Origin: Eledone cirrhosa
Lineage: Eukaryota
NCBI GenBank assembly: GCA_964016885.1
Contig: OZ024743.1
Location: 71,052,001 to 71,116,000, forward strand
Length of the DNA: 64,000 nucleotides
Reading direction: 5' to 3'
Both the position numbers and the translations under genes were made by a program. Numbering within the stretch: the first letter of the stretch is position 1; each line of letters starts with the position of its first letter. The notes below the pieces were generated by a model. The model made no database searches, was not told the DNA's origin, and was given only the letters and a program-made list of their open reading frames with translations. Positions 27,724 to 42,189 of this stretch are shown in pieces.

Positions 27724-28136
27724 TTAAACAGTTTCTATTGTAGAACTAGGAGTAGTTTCAGGTGGTTTGGTATCAAAAGGATAAATGTCTTTATTTTGCA
27801 ATATTTTACAGAATTCCGAAATTTTCGTTCAAGATTAATTATTCTCACTTAATTTTAACTCCATTTTTCTTTCATTTTTTTTTTTTTCTGTTTACATGCA
27901 AAAAACTAATGCTATTTATTTGTCTTATTTTTTCCCTCCGTTTTTTTTTTTTGTTGTTGTTTAGATTCATATCCACAGGAAATATTTGTATTTTGTTTTT
28001 TGTCTTATTTTTATTTTTAGCTTTTTATTTCTCTCTGTCTTAGATGGAAAGATTCAGCATTTTAAGAACCAGAAATAATTTGTTTTATAGCCTGTATATA
28101 TATATATATATATATAAATATATAGCTACAATATAC

Positions 28137-28167
<31 letters not shown>

Positions 28168-28442
28168 ATATATTATAGCTCTAAACTTTTGCCAATTCTA
28201 CCTTGCATTTTTTTTTGTTTGTTTCTCCTTTTATGATTTTCCTATATATTTTTTGTTTTGTCTTTTTTTCATTCAATCTTTTCCTATCTGATATCTTGTG
28301 CATATGTGATATTGATAATACAAATTATTTCATTACAGTCTTTGATATTTAAGAGCTTTTATTAAATTTATCTATCTCTATCTATCCTAAGTATATGTAA
28401 ATCTGCTTATCTATCAAGCCTTCCTCCTTCTAATATGTTTAC

Positions 28443-28505
<63 letters not shown>

Positions 28506-28564
28506 GTGAGTGTGTGTGTTAACTGAAACCCAAGAAATTTTTTTACATTATGAATTGTTTTACC

Positions 28565-28613
<49 letters not shown>

Positions 28614-29994
28614 TACCATGCATTATTATTGTTTATATTAATATCCTTTCCTTCCATTACATCTCTTGTATTCTAATTTAACCATTTTTAAAGGAATTTC
28701 ATCTTTACTCTAATATATAATTATATTTTCTAAGTTGATAAAGATAAAATTAATGTTATACTGCAATGGTGAATATTAAAGGAAAGTGAAACTGCGAGAT
28801 GAAAGGAGGAGAGAGAAAAAGTATGAGCTGAGAGTGAAAGAAAGAATTGGAGTGGAGGAAGAGGGGGTGGATGGGTGTTTTGTAATTTATATCTAATTAT
28901 TAATTAGTAATTCTATTTTGCTAACCTGGTTTCTCAGGAAAACTAGAATGGAGAATGTAGGCCTTCACATAGCTCTAAATTGGGGCACAGCGATGGTTCG
29001 ATTTAATGGGGGGGGGGGGGGGGGCAATTGACCCAGGTCCTCTGCAGTGCGGGTAGCAATTTATTTGTGCCCTTAGCTGGGTTTTTTTAATTTTAGAATG
29101 GTTAGAATTTTTAAATTTAATACTTTTCGATTCCAATTCCTTCACCAAGCTAACATTCATATGTAAAATTGGAAGGGGGTTACTGTATATTCTAAGTTTT
29201 TGTGTATGAGCCTCCCCCCACCTGAAATGCCCTGGGCCTCCCAACCCTGGACACACCATGTCATATTGAGGGCATCTGTTCATCTATTAGTAGTTTGATG
29301 GATTCTTCTAGCAACTGCATTAAGCTTGGGGGTGTGATCTCAAGTCTCAATGAAGTTATGTTGATATGTCAATACTTCACTCAACTTCATTGCTTGATTG
29401 AGAAAAGGCATAACCTTTGGATAATCACCCATCAAACATGAATCTGCATACCTCATGTTTGCCTGGCTGACTATTAGGTTCCATTCATTTGCTTCAAAAA
29501 TAATTGGTTGGCAGTAAGAATGGCATGAATTTGCTATGTAACCATTTCATGTTTCTTTTTATAGATGATAAGTGTATTTTGAACTACATTACCCATTGTG
29601 TCCGAAGACAGTAGGATGGGATTTGAGGGAAATTTGGTTTTCTATTTCTAGCAGGTTGAGCAACTATATAGATGTACTTATCTCAACCATTGATGGGTTA
29701 TTTATCACATATATCACTTATCTTATTTTATTGGTTGTTGTTTAGCACAAGGTCAACTCTAACTGAACACTTGATGAATGGTACTCCATCCATGCCCACC
29801 TCTGTATATTTGTATAATGTAAAATTACATTTAGTAGTAGGGGCCTTTTTATTTGTCGTTCAATAAATCTCTAGTTGATGTTCAGCAAGGATATCTTCTT
29901 CTGCTTGGCCTTTTACATTCTCCAATCTAGTTCTTTTTCTCTTTCTTATTTTTCCTGTTCCTTAATAAAACAAACCAGTTCGGTTTTTAAACAG

Positions 29995-30019
29995 GTACCG
30001 GGTGTATTATCCGCCAAAG
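29995..30019 (+). CDS. Candidate 25-nt micro-exon (VPGVLSAK, phase 0 to 1) just upstream of the terminal Fat exon
   Basis: TTTTTAAACAG acceptor and consensus AAG|GTAAGT donor; joins in frame to GYHWD but needs a phase-0 upstream partner. Confidence 0.35.
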
Positions 30020-30493
30020 GTAAGTGACTGACCAGCTGTCGTTCCGATGTATGTGTCACACTGTTCCTTCATCTGTCCAGATTGGTACTGCTACAGCTGT
30101 TGCTACATATATTTTTATTGTTGTTTCTCCCACCCTGCTGTTGATACTGCTGCTGCTACTACTACAAACCCTTCCTTGTCAATCTTCAAACTTTCCTCCC
30201 CTCCACACACATACACACACGTTTCTGTGATGTCAGTCCCCTCCCACCCATTATTACCTAATGTTGTTGCTGTTGTTGCAGTTGATATTATTGTTCTTGT
30301 TGGTTTCTTTTACTTTCTTTTTTTTTTTTCTTAAACTTTACTTTTCAATCCCTTTCGGCAAAACCCTCAGATTTGCACTGCAACCTTACTTTACTCCTGC
30401 CAACTTTTTTAATTCTTTCTATTTTTTTTTTCTTTTTGCTTTCTCTCCATAATCACAGTCAATGTCTTCTCATGGTGTTATTTCTTATTTCAG

Positions 30494-31194
30494 GCTATCA
30501 TTGGGACACCTCTGATTGGGCGGCTCCCCATACCACCTTACCAAACATCAGTGAGGTACCAGTGAAAGAAATATTGGATTCGCCAAGCTCCACTCCACAG
30601 AGTAATGACTCAAACACGCACGTAGATGATGTTAATGATGCCGATATGGACGACCTGGATAATGACTCTGAATATGTCGGCGACTCGGAATGTGGCGACA
30701 ACGATGACAATGATGCCACTGATTTTCACCCTGCTGCTAACTACCACCATTTCCTCGGACTAGCGCCTTATGCTGATGAGATCAACCATGGACCTCGTCG
30801 GCTCCACCCTAACTTCATGCCAGACTTTGACCAGCCACCTGGTGGTGCCGCCCTTGACAACTGGCCAGCTCCCCCTGGTGCTGAGAATGGCAATCAGCCG
30901 CCACATAGCGATGAAGAGGAGAACATCGAAAGGTGCCGGCTGCCACGTCACTTACGTAGGGGCGGTGCTGGTGGTGCCAGGTACCAACCAATCGATGACT
31001 ACGAACATTCACCAGCAGCGATGATGGATGATATGAGTGTGTCTGTGGGTGGCTACACCTCAACAAATGTCTCTTGTTCCGACATTTCTGGACTCTGTGA
31101 CATTGATGACAGTGACATGAATATAACAGATGAGAGTGATAATGACATTCATCCTGTAAAGTTTACCAGTGCTCATCTTCACACCCAGGTGTGA
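30494..31194 (+). CDS. FAT1-like: Terminal coding exon (cytoplasmic tail) of a Fat1/2/3-type (Fat-like) atypical cadherin
   Basis: Acceptor TTTCTTATTTCAG then (G)YHWDTSDW..LPNISEVP; late motif YTSTNVSCSDISGLCDIDDS; C-terminal PDZ-binding HTQV-stop. Matches the FAT1 tail motifs GYHWDTSDW, YASTASCSDVSACCEVES and HTEV; GC-richer than its surroundings. Confidence 0.92.
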
Positions 31195-31435
31195 AGTTTT
31201 CTGCATCTCCTTACCCTATGTATCAGTACTCATCTTCACATCCAGGTGTGGAGTTCTCTGCATCTTCCTACCCACTTTATCAGCGCTCAACTTCACACCC
31301 AGGTGTGAAGTTTTCTGCAACTTTCTACCTTCCTTACCAGTGCTCACCTTCACAGCCAGGTGTGAAGTTCTCTGCCTCTTCCTAACGACCCACCTTCACA
31401 GCCAGGTGTGAACTTCTCTGCCTCTTCCTAATGAC
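31167..31435 (+). repeat. 57-bp tandem repeat (4 copies plus a shorter fifth) whose first copy includes the last codons and stop of the Fat-like gene
   Basis: CAGTGCTCATCTTCACACCCAGGTGTGAAGTT... at 31167, 31224, 31281, 31338 and ~31388. Confidence 0.92.
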
Positions 31436-31519
31436 CCCAGCCACAGAAAAAAAAAAAATTCTAAAAAAGAAATTAAGACTTTCACACACAACCAACAAAA
31501 TATTAAAACAATAATTATA

Positions 31520-33160
<1,641 letters not shown>

Positions 33161-33975
33161 TACATGTATGTACACTTCATTTTCTCCTACACACAAACAC
33201 ACATCCAACTGTAAAATTCAAACTTATGGTGGCATCATCTCAGATCCATATAAATGGATCCATCCATGCCCTGCCTTTACAAGCTAGCGATGCCTTTTTT
33301 TCTTTCTAAAACTAGGGCCATTATACAGCCCCGATGGTTCGAGAAAAATGTCTTCATTAAATAAATATATTTACCATTTTTTTTTTTTTTTCCTCTCTAA
33401 ATTTAATTTAATATCCCACCACCATGCTCCACATCCACATGGCCACCATTGTTTCTCCCCAAAAAGCTCTGCCCTATCTCCATTCCCACAGCCACCCCAG
33501 CCCCCCCATGTGAAACTCCTGATTATGAATCATGTTCTTCCTACCATGTGCTAGTACTGAATGGATGTGGAAACAAGGGACCCAAAAACATATAACCTGC
33601 TTCCATTGCTGTTATGATATGATTTTCAACAAACAAAAGGGCAATAGTTTATATATATATGAATATCCAAGAAATTAATTTACTGGCATGGCTAGAAGGG
33701 AAAGATATATATATATATAGAGAGAGAGAGAGATAGATAGATAGAGTGAGTGAGTGTGTGAGATAGTATGAGAGGGAGAGAGCTTTGGTGAGGACAACCA
33801 AATATACAATATAGCATAATTGATGACAAAATTGTATTTGTGCATATATGTGTGTGTATATATATATGTATGTATATGTGTATGTATATATATGTGCATA
33901 TATATATATTTAATATAGGAATGGCTTCTACAGGACTAGAACTGTTTCATTCGGGAGAAATCATCAGGAAAATAT

Positions 33976-34007
<32 letters not shown>

Positions 34008-34498
34008 CAATACATACATGTATATTTGTTTGTATGTACATATGTATGTAAACGCTAGTATGTGTGTGTGTGAGAGAGTTTAATAGGAAAATAGTGAAAA
34101 TGTTCTTGTAGAATTTGACAACCTCTTATCAAAAAAAGTTGAAAATAATTTAAAATGCCTATTGTTGCTCCCATGTGTCTTGTTGGGCTATTACACCCCT
34201 TGTGTCTGCGTTATAACATGATGGGCTTGTCATTTCTCAGGAGATGGAAAAACCTTTTATATATATATATATATCAAATAATATATGTATGATCTGTTTT
34301 ATATGTAATATACACACACATATATATATATACACATTATATTTATATATATATATATTATATATATATAATATAATATTATATTATATATCTATCTACA
34401 TATATACATATATATATATGTGTGTGTGTTCTGTTTCATATTATATATATATATATATATCGAACTGTTTTATTTTTTTGTATTTATTATTATTATTA

Positions 34499-34539
<41 letters not shown>

Positions 34540-34923
34540 GTTACTACTACTGCTATGATGATGACAAATATTACTAATGTTGTTACTATTATTTTGTGTT
34601 ATTATATGTGTATATAAATATATGTATGTATGTGAATCAGCGAGTTTGCACATGCATATAAAAATCTATATAGAGATAGATAAATACACACACATATATA
34701 TGTATATAAATATATATGTCACATATAATATATATATGTGTGTGTATACGTACAAATGTTTGCATATATATGTATGTTTATATATGTATATATATGTTTA
34801 TATGTATGTATATATGTGTGTGTATATATTGTAACATAAATTCCCACCGTTGTTATAATTTGTTTAATAAAAAAACGGCGGGAATTTATGTTACACCCTA
34901 ATATATATGTTTGTACGTGTTAA

Positions 34924-34961
<38 letters not shown>

Positions 34962-35692
34962 TATATATGTTTGTATGATATATATTTTTTGCATGGGTTT
35001 TTGTATATATATATGCATACTTAGAAGTGTGTTTATGTATGTATGACTGATTGTGTGTGTGCAAACTTAAATAATTATGTAATGGTGTATAAATATATAT
35101 ACATCATGACAAATGTTATGAACAATAATTGTACACTGACCTCCTACACACATTTGTACATAACAGGTACGTATGTGTGTGTGTATATATATCCATAAGT
35201 GTACATGGCTTTATGCATGTGTGTATATATGTGTATGGGTCTCTATTACCCCAGCCCCACCTCCACAAGGAAAATGAAATGAAAACGAAAAGAATAAAAA
35301 TAAATTTTAACAAAAATTATTACAATTATCTTTTTTCCTCTTATTTTATTTCATTTCATTTCACATCTCAACAATATTCCTTTTTATTTATTTTTTGAAA
35401 TAAAGATGTTCATTTTTTTCTTCCTTCTCTTTTTTTCCCTTGAAAAATACTGAAATACTGTTTTTTTTACTTTCACAAACATGTAAATGTACATCATCAC
35501 CATTTTCCCAAGCAAAATGGTTGGATAACATCCATGAGTTTGACTGGTTACACTTGGGGATCCAGCCAGATCAGTTGGAGAAGGTTGCTTCTGATATGAC
35601 CCACTGGAAAGAGTGTTAGAGGACTCTGACCCCACAACCCTCTCAGGAATAAGTTGGTGAAGAGAAAAGCATGGGTACACACTTTAAATATA

Positions 35693-35870
35693 TTATTGAT
35701 TTCTAATTGGTGCACAAAGCCAGCAAATTAGGATGAAGAGTAAATTTGATTAAATAGACTCCAGTATTTGACTGCTTCTAATTTTATCGATCCCAGCATA
35801 ATGAAATGCAAAGTTGACCTCGGCAGGATTTGAACTCAGAATGTAAAGAGCCCGAAAAAATACTGCAATC
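35693..35870 (-). mobile_element. SINE family A (reverse)
   Basis: GCAAAGTTGACCTCGGCAGGATTTGAACTCAG is the reverse complement of the B-box and core. Confidence 0.75.
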
Positions 35871-36412
35871 CGCAATCCTAATAATGTATTCATCATCCCC
35901 GTTTAACATCCACTTTTCCACACTGGCATAGTTTAGACATAAATATATATATGTATAAACCATGCCAAAAGCTCTTGAGGTGGCCCTTCAGTTGTGTTAA
36001 CAGGAACAACCTCTCTAGTGCTAGTGAACTACACAAAAAAGGCACCCTGTACACTCTGTAAAGTGTTTGGTGATAGGAAGCTCATCCAACCATAGAAAAA
36101 CTGGTGAACAAGGAGTTGGGAAGATCTTTCAGCTGTGTCAAAGTCATAACCTCCCTGTGCTAGTGTCATGATAAAATGCATTTGTATATGAGATGCAGGC
36201 CTCCAGCCCATCTGAGAGGTCTGTTGGCCCACTTGAAAACGAATTCATATAGATGCATGTATGCAGATATGGGTTCACTATTGCATGTGTAAATAAACTC
36301 AATATATGACAATATAAGTGTCTAGACAGGGTTGTTGTAGGGAAGCTGTCAGAAAACTGTGCTTCAAATGTCATGGGTAAATGGACATACTATGCCTGCA
36401 AGAAGAGTTGCC

Positions 36413-36690
36413 CTAGTGGCTAAGGTGTTTCATTTAGGATCGTAATATCATGGGTTCGAATTCTGGACCAGTTTTTGTGTTGTGTTCTTGAGCAAAACAC
36501 TTCATTTCACATTGCTCCAGTATCCTTAGCTGAAAAAATGTACCAGCAGTAACTGGGGGTTTAACCTTGTCATGGACTGGTCTGCTCTCTAGGCAGGGTG
36601 AAGATATTATATACTCTTAGTCACTTAACTCAAAGGAATCCAGGATAAGCATCGGTCTAATGAGCCTACAGGATTGAGACAGACTTTAGA
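36413..36690 (+). mobile_element. tRNA-derived CORE-like SINE
   Basis: TAGTGGCTAAGG A-box, GGTTCGAATTC B-box, GTTCTTGAGCAAAACACTTCATTTCACATTGCTCCAG core. Confidence 0.75.
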
Positions 36691-37229
36691 CTATTTTTGG
36701 TAATAAGGGGCATAGTTTGTATGGATTAGCTCTTGGTATTATCTCCAACATGATGTTAAATTGTCTGTTGCTATTTTTAAGTTACCAGACCTTTCTCTAT
36801 AATGGGGTACTAGACTTTAATTATTACTTCTTTTTTTTAATGAAATGGAATATGTTCATATCTCTTTTTGAAAGTGTTGGCTGATAATCCTATACATGAT
36901 AAAGAATATGAATTGGTGTTTGTGATGAGATTATATAACAGTTTCTACTTTAAGCATTTTGCTTTGAAATTACAAGGAAGCATCTCATTGTTCTGGTGAA
37001 AGTTTCTTAATTTGGTTGCATTTGACAATGCTATTGTAAGGAGTATGAAAGTATAAAAAGGTTTCAATTTGTTGTATTTGTATAATGTTGTCATTCAAGT
37101 AGAGATGTGTAGATTGAAAGAGGAGGAGATATACTAAATAACTGAGTACAATGTGAGTTTGTTTTCTAAAGAATAGTTGTATTATGCAGATACTGAATTT
37201 TCTCTTTCAAGCTTCTTTTTGCAGGGAGA

Positions 37230-38000
37230 TTGTCGAGTCCAAGCTAGCTGATGAGCTGTGCGTTTTTTGCACAGGCAAGCAAATATTCACACTGGCAGGT
37301 CTTCAAGAAATCATGGGAGTATTGCCAAGGTGTATATTCTTGTTTTGTAAACCTTGAAAAGGCATATGACCATATTCCTCGGAACCTGATGTGGAAAGTG
37401 CTGCAGGAGTATGGGATCGATGGTCAGCTTGTTGCTCTGATGTCTCTATACGAATGCCCAAGTATTTGTGTTTGGATAAATGGTGTTAAATCAAAACCAA
37501 TCAATGTGGGAGTTGGACTCTGCCAAGGATGTGTTCTGTCACCACTCCTGTTCATTATTTACAGACAGGATTGATATGCACAGCCAGGTTGGAAGTGGTA
37601 TCACAACAGGCAGGTGTAAAATCAGTCAGCTAGAATTTGCAGATGACATGGTGTTATTTAAGTTGTAGAAGGTGTTCTCCAAGTTGCACTTCATAGGTTT
37701 GACGCTGAGTGCTGCATGGCTGGAATGAAAATCAGTGCTGCAAAAACTGAGACTATCCTCTCAAGGAAACCTGTGTAGTGCAATCTCTATGTGAATGGAG
37801 TTCCACTAAAGCAGTTGGAGAAGTTGAAGTATCTTGGGACCGTGTTCACAAGTGATCGATGATAGGAGGCTGAATTAATTGCAAGAATTATAGGAGCTGG
37901 TAGAGTAATGTGCCAGCTTCAGCATTTGGTAATCAGAAGAAGGGAGGTAGGTGTAAAAGCCAAGCTCATTATCTTCAATTCGGTATTCGTGCCAACCCTT
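37230..38000 (+). pseudogene. Decayed RTE-clade LINE reverse transcriptase fragment
   Basis: FVNLEKAYDHIPR, GLCQGCVLSPLLF, EFADDMV and KYLG motifs with frameshifts and stops. Confidence 0.85.
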
Positions 38001-39452
38001 AACCTACCTCCTGTCTCCAGACAACCCCGCAAATGCGCCTCTTTATTTCAGACATGGAAAACCCAAACCAACACCAATTAATATCTCTCTCTCATCTCTA
38101 AGCTTTCATCTTATTCCTCTGACCCTTCCGGTGAATTCCATAAGAGCTGGCTCCATCAAAGTAGGCATGGTGAAAGGAAGATCAGGAGAGATTGTAGAGA
38201 TGCTAACAAAAGAAAGTTGATGTATGATGTGTACAAGAGACTAGATGGAGGGGATGGCCAGAAGATGAGACAGAGTGATGGTTATAAATACAAAGTCTAT
38301 CCCTGATGACGAATGCACCTCCCAACATAACCTAGTAGTTAGCGACCTTATAGTTAAGATTAGATGAACTCGATGACAGAGGACAACCTAAAGGAGAACA
38401 ATGGTGCTTTTAGCAGTAATGAAGAGCAAATAAAGACGCACAATATAGAGAAGCAGTGGGAATTCCTGAAAGATAACCTGTGGTTGGAACAGGTCTTTAG
38501 GGAGAAGGAGAGTAACTTGTTGGTGAAACAGTAGCGTGGAGGAGACAATTAAGGCCAAAAGACAGACATGGAAAGAATGACAGGATGAGGAAAGTAGAGA
38601 ACGCTACCAGGAGTCTAGGAGACAAGTGTACTTTGCAAAAAGGTAAGCAGATAATAAAAAAACTAAGCATGTTTTGCTATGTGAGGACCATGGTGTGAGG
38701 TGTTCAGGATTGCGAGGCTATTAATGTCTATGGGAAAAAGTATATCTATGATGATAATGGAGTACACGCCTGCCCTCACTGATGCTGAAAAGAAGGTAGC
38801 ACAGAAATGCTACTATGAAAGACTACTAAATGAGGAGAATGCGTGGGAAGAAGATAGTTTGTCCCAACTTGACTCAACAGAAGGACCAGCTGTGCAAGTT
38901 AGAAGTAGTATAATAAGTAAGGCAATTAAAGATATGAAGACAGGAAAAGCAGCTAGACCGTGGATCGTTTCTGAGATGCTGAAAGCATCACGGATGATGA
39001 GTCATGCCATGACCATCCGTTTTGTAAATCAAGTAATTCAAAGTGGTGTCATATCCAATGACTGGGATAGCAGTAACATCGTCAATTGGTTCAAGGGCAA
39101 AAGAGATACACTAGACAGAGAAAACTATAGAGGAATCACTTTGGTTGACTAGGTCATGAAGGTCACAAAGTTATATCACTGCTGATTAGGGACCGAGTTA
39201 ACTTAGATGAAATGCAATTTGGATTTGTGCCAGGGAAAAGTACCACAGATGCTCTCTTCCTTGTGTGGCAAAAAGTAAACCCCTCTATTTAGCTTTTGCT
39301 GATCTGGAGAAGTTTTTGACAGTTCCTTGTGCCATTATCTGGTGGGCTCTTAGAAAACTAGGAGTAAATGAGTGGCTTGGGAAAGCAGTGCAAGCCATGT
39401 ATAGAGTAATAGACATCAAGGTTAGAATTAACAATGACTATAGTGAAGAATT

Positions 39453-39690
39453 AGTGGTTAGAGCATTTGGCTTGTAATCGAAAGGTTGTGAGTTCAATTC
39501 TCGGACCGGGTGATGTGTTGTTTCCTTGAGCAAGACACTTTATTTCACGTTGCTCCAGTTTACTCAGCTGTAGAAATGAGATGAGGGGACTGGGGTCCCT
39601 ATCATTAAATTATCCAAGACACCTCCAACGAGATATACATTGGAGGAGGCCAGCTAAACCTGCATAGGTGTGAGCTGTCACAACAACAAC
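39453..39690 (+). mobile_element. tRNA-derived CORE-like SINE (family B) inserted in the RTE remnant
   Basis: Near-identical to 27475-27710; (CAA)n tail. Confidence 0.85.
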
Positions 39691-39894
39691 ATATTGAAGA
39701 ATTTAGCTGCAGGTTGGTTTCCATGCCCTAACCTGTTTATTATCATCCTGCAGGCTATAACAGAAGAGTTTAAGTCTGACTACCCACGGAAAGTTCTGTA
39801 TACAGGTGAAGAAGATGTGGCAGAATTAAAGAAATTCCAAACCTAAGCGCATGGTTTTGAATCAAAACATGTCAAAAATGAAAGTCCTAGTATG

Positions 39895-40100
39895 TAATAA
39901 TAATAATAATAATGAAATTATTGTGTACAGTGCTCAGGTGCACTACAACTCATCAAAGGTGCATGCATGGTATATAGAATAATATACAAATGTCAGGGAA
40001 GTGAATAGTGTATGAGTCATGATAGACATGTGTGTGTGTGTATGGAGGGGGAATATTAGGTGTAGTGTTGGCGAATCTCAAGAAGCATGGAGGTTTATGT
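39895..40100 (-). mobile_element. 3' end of CR1-like LINE inserted in the RTE remnant
   Basis: Matches 19335-19490. Confidence 0.7.
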
Positions 40101-40439
40101 AGAAAGGAAAACAGGGCCCAGATTCGCTCAGAGAAATGGCATACGTTGGTGTGCTGGAAAGGAGTAGGTAGAAATTCCTATGTAATGGGATCACAGGCAG
40201 GATATCAAAGAACGTAGATTTTATATGTGCAGCAAGTAGCAAGAGCCCACAGGATACTAGGTCCTTCAAATAGCCAGTGGGCCCCATAGAAATTTTCAAA
40301 AGTTTCTGTTACCTGGGTGACTAAATCAGCATGGAGGCAGGTGTTTCAAAAATAGAGTAGCCAAATTGAGAACTGGGGAGGAGAAAGTGCAGGGAGCTAC
40401 TAATGAGGCTACAAAAGATTTTTTCACTCAAAATGTTTC

Positions 40440-40469
<30 letters not shown>

Positions 40470-40470
<1 letters not shown>

Positions 40471-40701
40471 TACTCTTTTACCTTGTTGCTACACATTTTA
40501 TCTCCAGCCTGTATTGGTTGGCCACTGGTGCAAGAGGAAGTTCGTTGCTGCTGCCCTTAGGTTTCCCTCGTGCCTTGCTGTGGGCTCATCTGGGATCCTG
40601 GATAGCAAGGTGTCGAGATGTTTCTTGAAAACATCCACGTCCACACCATGCAGATCTCTCAGATCCCTCGGCAGCTTGTTGAAGAGTTGAGGGCCCTTGA
40701 A
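40470..40701 (-). mobile_element. 3' fragment of a CR1/L2-group LINE
   Basis: Minus strand: KGPQLFNKLPRDLRDLHGVDVDVFKKHLDTLLSRIPDEPT, a typical ORF2 C-terminus. Confidence 0.7.
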
Positions 40702-40849
40702 CTATATATATATATATAGTTTTTTTCTCAATGTTTTCTAGTGAGATCCCATATTCCATTCTGGTATGCTAATGATGTACTGTTGAGTTTTCTTATCTTG
40801 CAGAATTCGCCCGTGTTCTTATATAATTATATTTGACCCGACTGATTAC

Positions 40850-41384
40850 TGAAGCAACAAACATAAACAAACTCCAAATATAACTAAATAGAAAGCACGA
40901 GTGAAATAATAACAACCTCACAATGTAGTAACTAAGGAGAATATAAAGACATACAAAGCCACTCAAAAACAAAACAGATAAGATAAACAAACCCCGCTTC
41001 ACACACAGGCATAGATAGATAGAACAAGCACCCACCCACCTTGTAGGAAAGATAGAAAATAAATAAATCTATAAATAAATTGAAACACATACACAGTTGG
41101 ATATATCGGAGATAGAACAAAGGGGAGACACAAAGTAACAAAAACAGTCTCCACTGAGGCAGTCACAGAATGTCTGATGAAAGAGCGTTGATGACAATCA
41201 ACAACAGAACAACTACCCGGTTATAGAAATAACCGAATGGGAAATTGTAATAATAAATTGAAGTGAAACCCAACAGGTGCATATGTATTTTATTGGGGGC
41301 ATGAATCTCCCAAAGTATGACAATATCTTTTTCAACACGCGTTTTTAGATTTTTAAAATCTTGCAAAACAAACACAAAAACAAC

Positions 41385-41385
<1 letters not shown>
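40850..41385 (+). mobile_element. Old, diverged pseudo-LTR plus ORF-start tail of a related Penelope-like family
   Basis: ATGAATCTCCCAAAGTATGACAATATCTTTTTCAACACGCG (MNLPKYDNIFFNTRF) is homologous to the intact ORF start MTLPKYNNICFDTRF; A/C-rich UTR; ends in (TA)n. Confidence 0.7.
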
Positions 41386-41417
<32 letters not shown>

Positions 41418-42189
41418 ATTTATTTATATATATATATATATATTTATTTATATATATATATTTATATATATATATATTTATTATTATAACTATATATATA
41501 TATATATATAAATATATACATACATAGTTAAAGAAAGAAGAGAAATATGGTTGGTTGTACAATAAGGGCTTTATTTAAAGTACTGACAATTGTTTTGTTG
41601 ACCTGGTGTATATACTTAGCTGTGTGTGCTTACACACTTTACAAATTATCCCCTGTGATATATATATATATATATATATATATTGTTATATTTGGGGAGG
41701 GTCATATTTGCGTAATATTGCCAGAATTAATAACAGAACACACTCACTGTTTGGTTGGTTTTCGCTTCTCGCTGTCTTTTATATATATATATCTGCGATC
41801 TAACTTACTCGGTCCTCAATGTTGCCATTGACTGACCGGTGGTCAAAAATAAAATAATACAGATACAATATAGACAAACACATATATATATAGTTTACAT
41901 AAATCTTTCGTTGCACATCTGCAACATCGTCAGTGGTGTTATATTCATTGTTCCTCCTGTTGTGTTGTATGTCTACGCCATTTTTTTTGTTCAGTCCGTC
42001 TATATATTTATTTATTTGTTTGCTTGTTTGTTTATCTTATTTTATTTTGTCTTCTTTGCGCATGCGTTTGCGTGTGTGATGTGTGACTAGTGTGTATAGT
42101 GTTGTGTCTGCTGGGTGACTAGTGTGTGTTTATGTGCTTGTGTATGTATTTATTTATCTTATTTTATTTAATTTAATTTACTTATTTAT

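Larger units (their letters stand above)
38150..40420 (+). pseudogene. Decayed, internally deleted RTE-clade LINE (APE remnant VQETRW; RT region), interrupted by a SINE and a CR1-like 3' end
   Basis: AIKDMKTGKA..EMLK, KGK.D..DRENYRGITL, QFGFVPGKSTTDA, YLAFADLEK motifs; many stops and frameshifts. Confidence 0.85.

Noticed and set aside
30373-30493. Hydrophobic N-terminus of the 273-aa ORF as a signal peptide or TM segment
   Set aside because: It is the intronic polypyrimidine tract; homology starts at the splice acceptor (30494)
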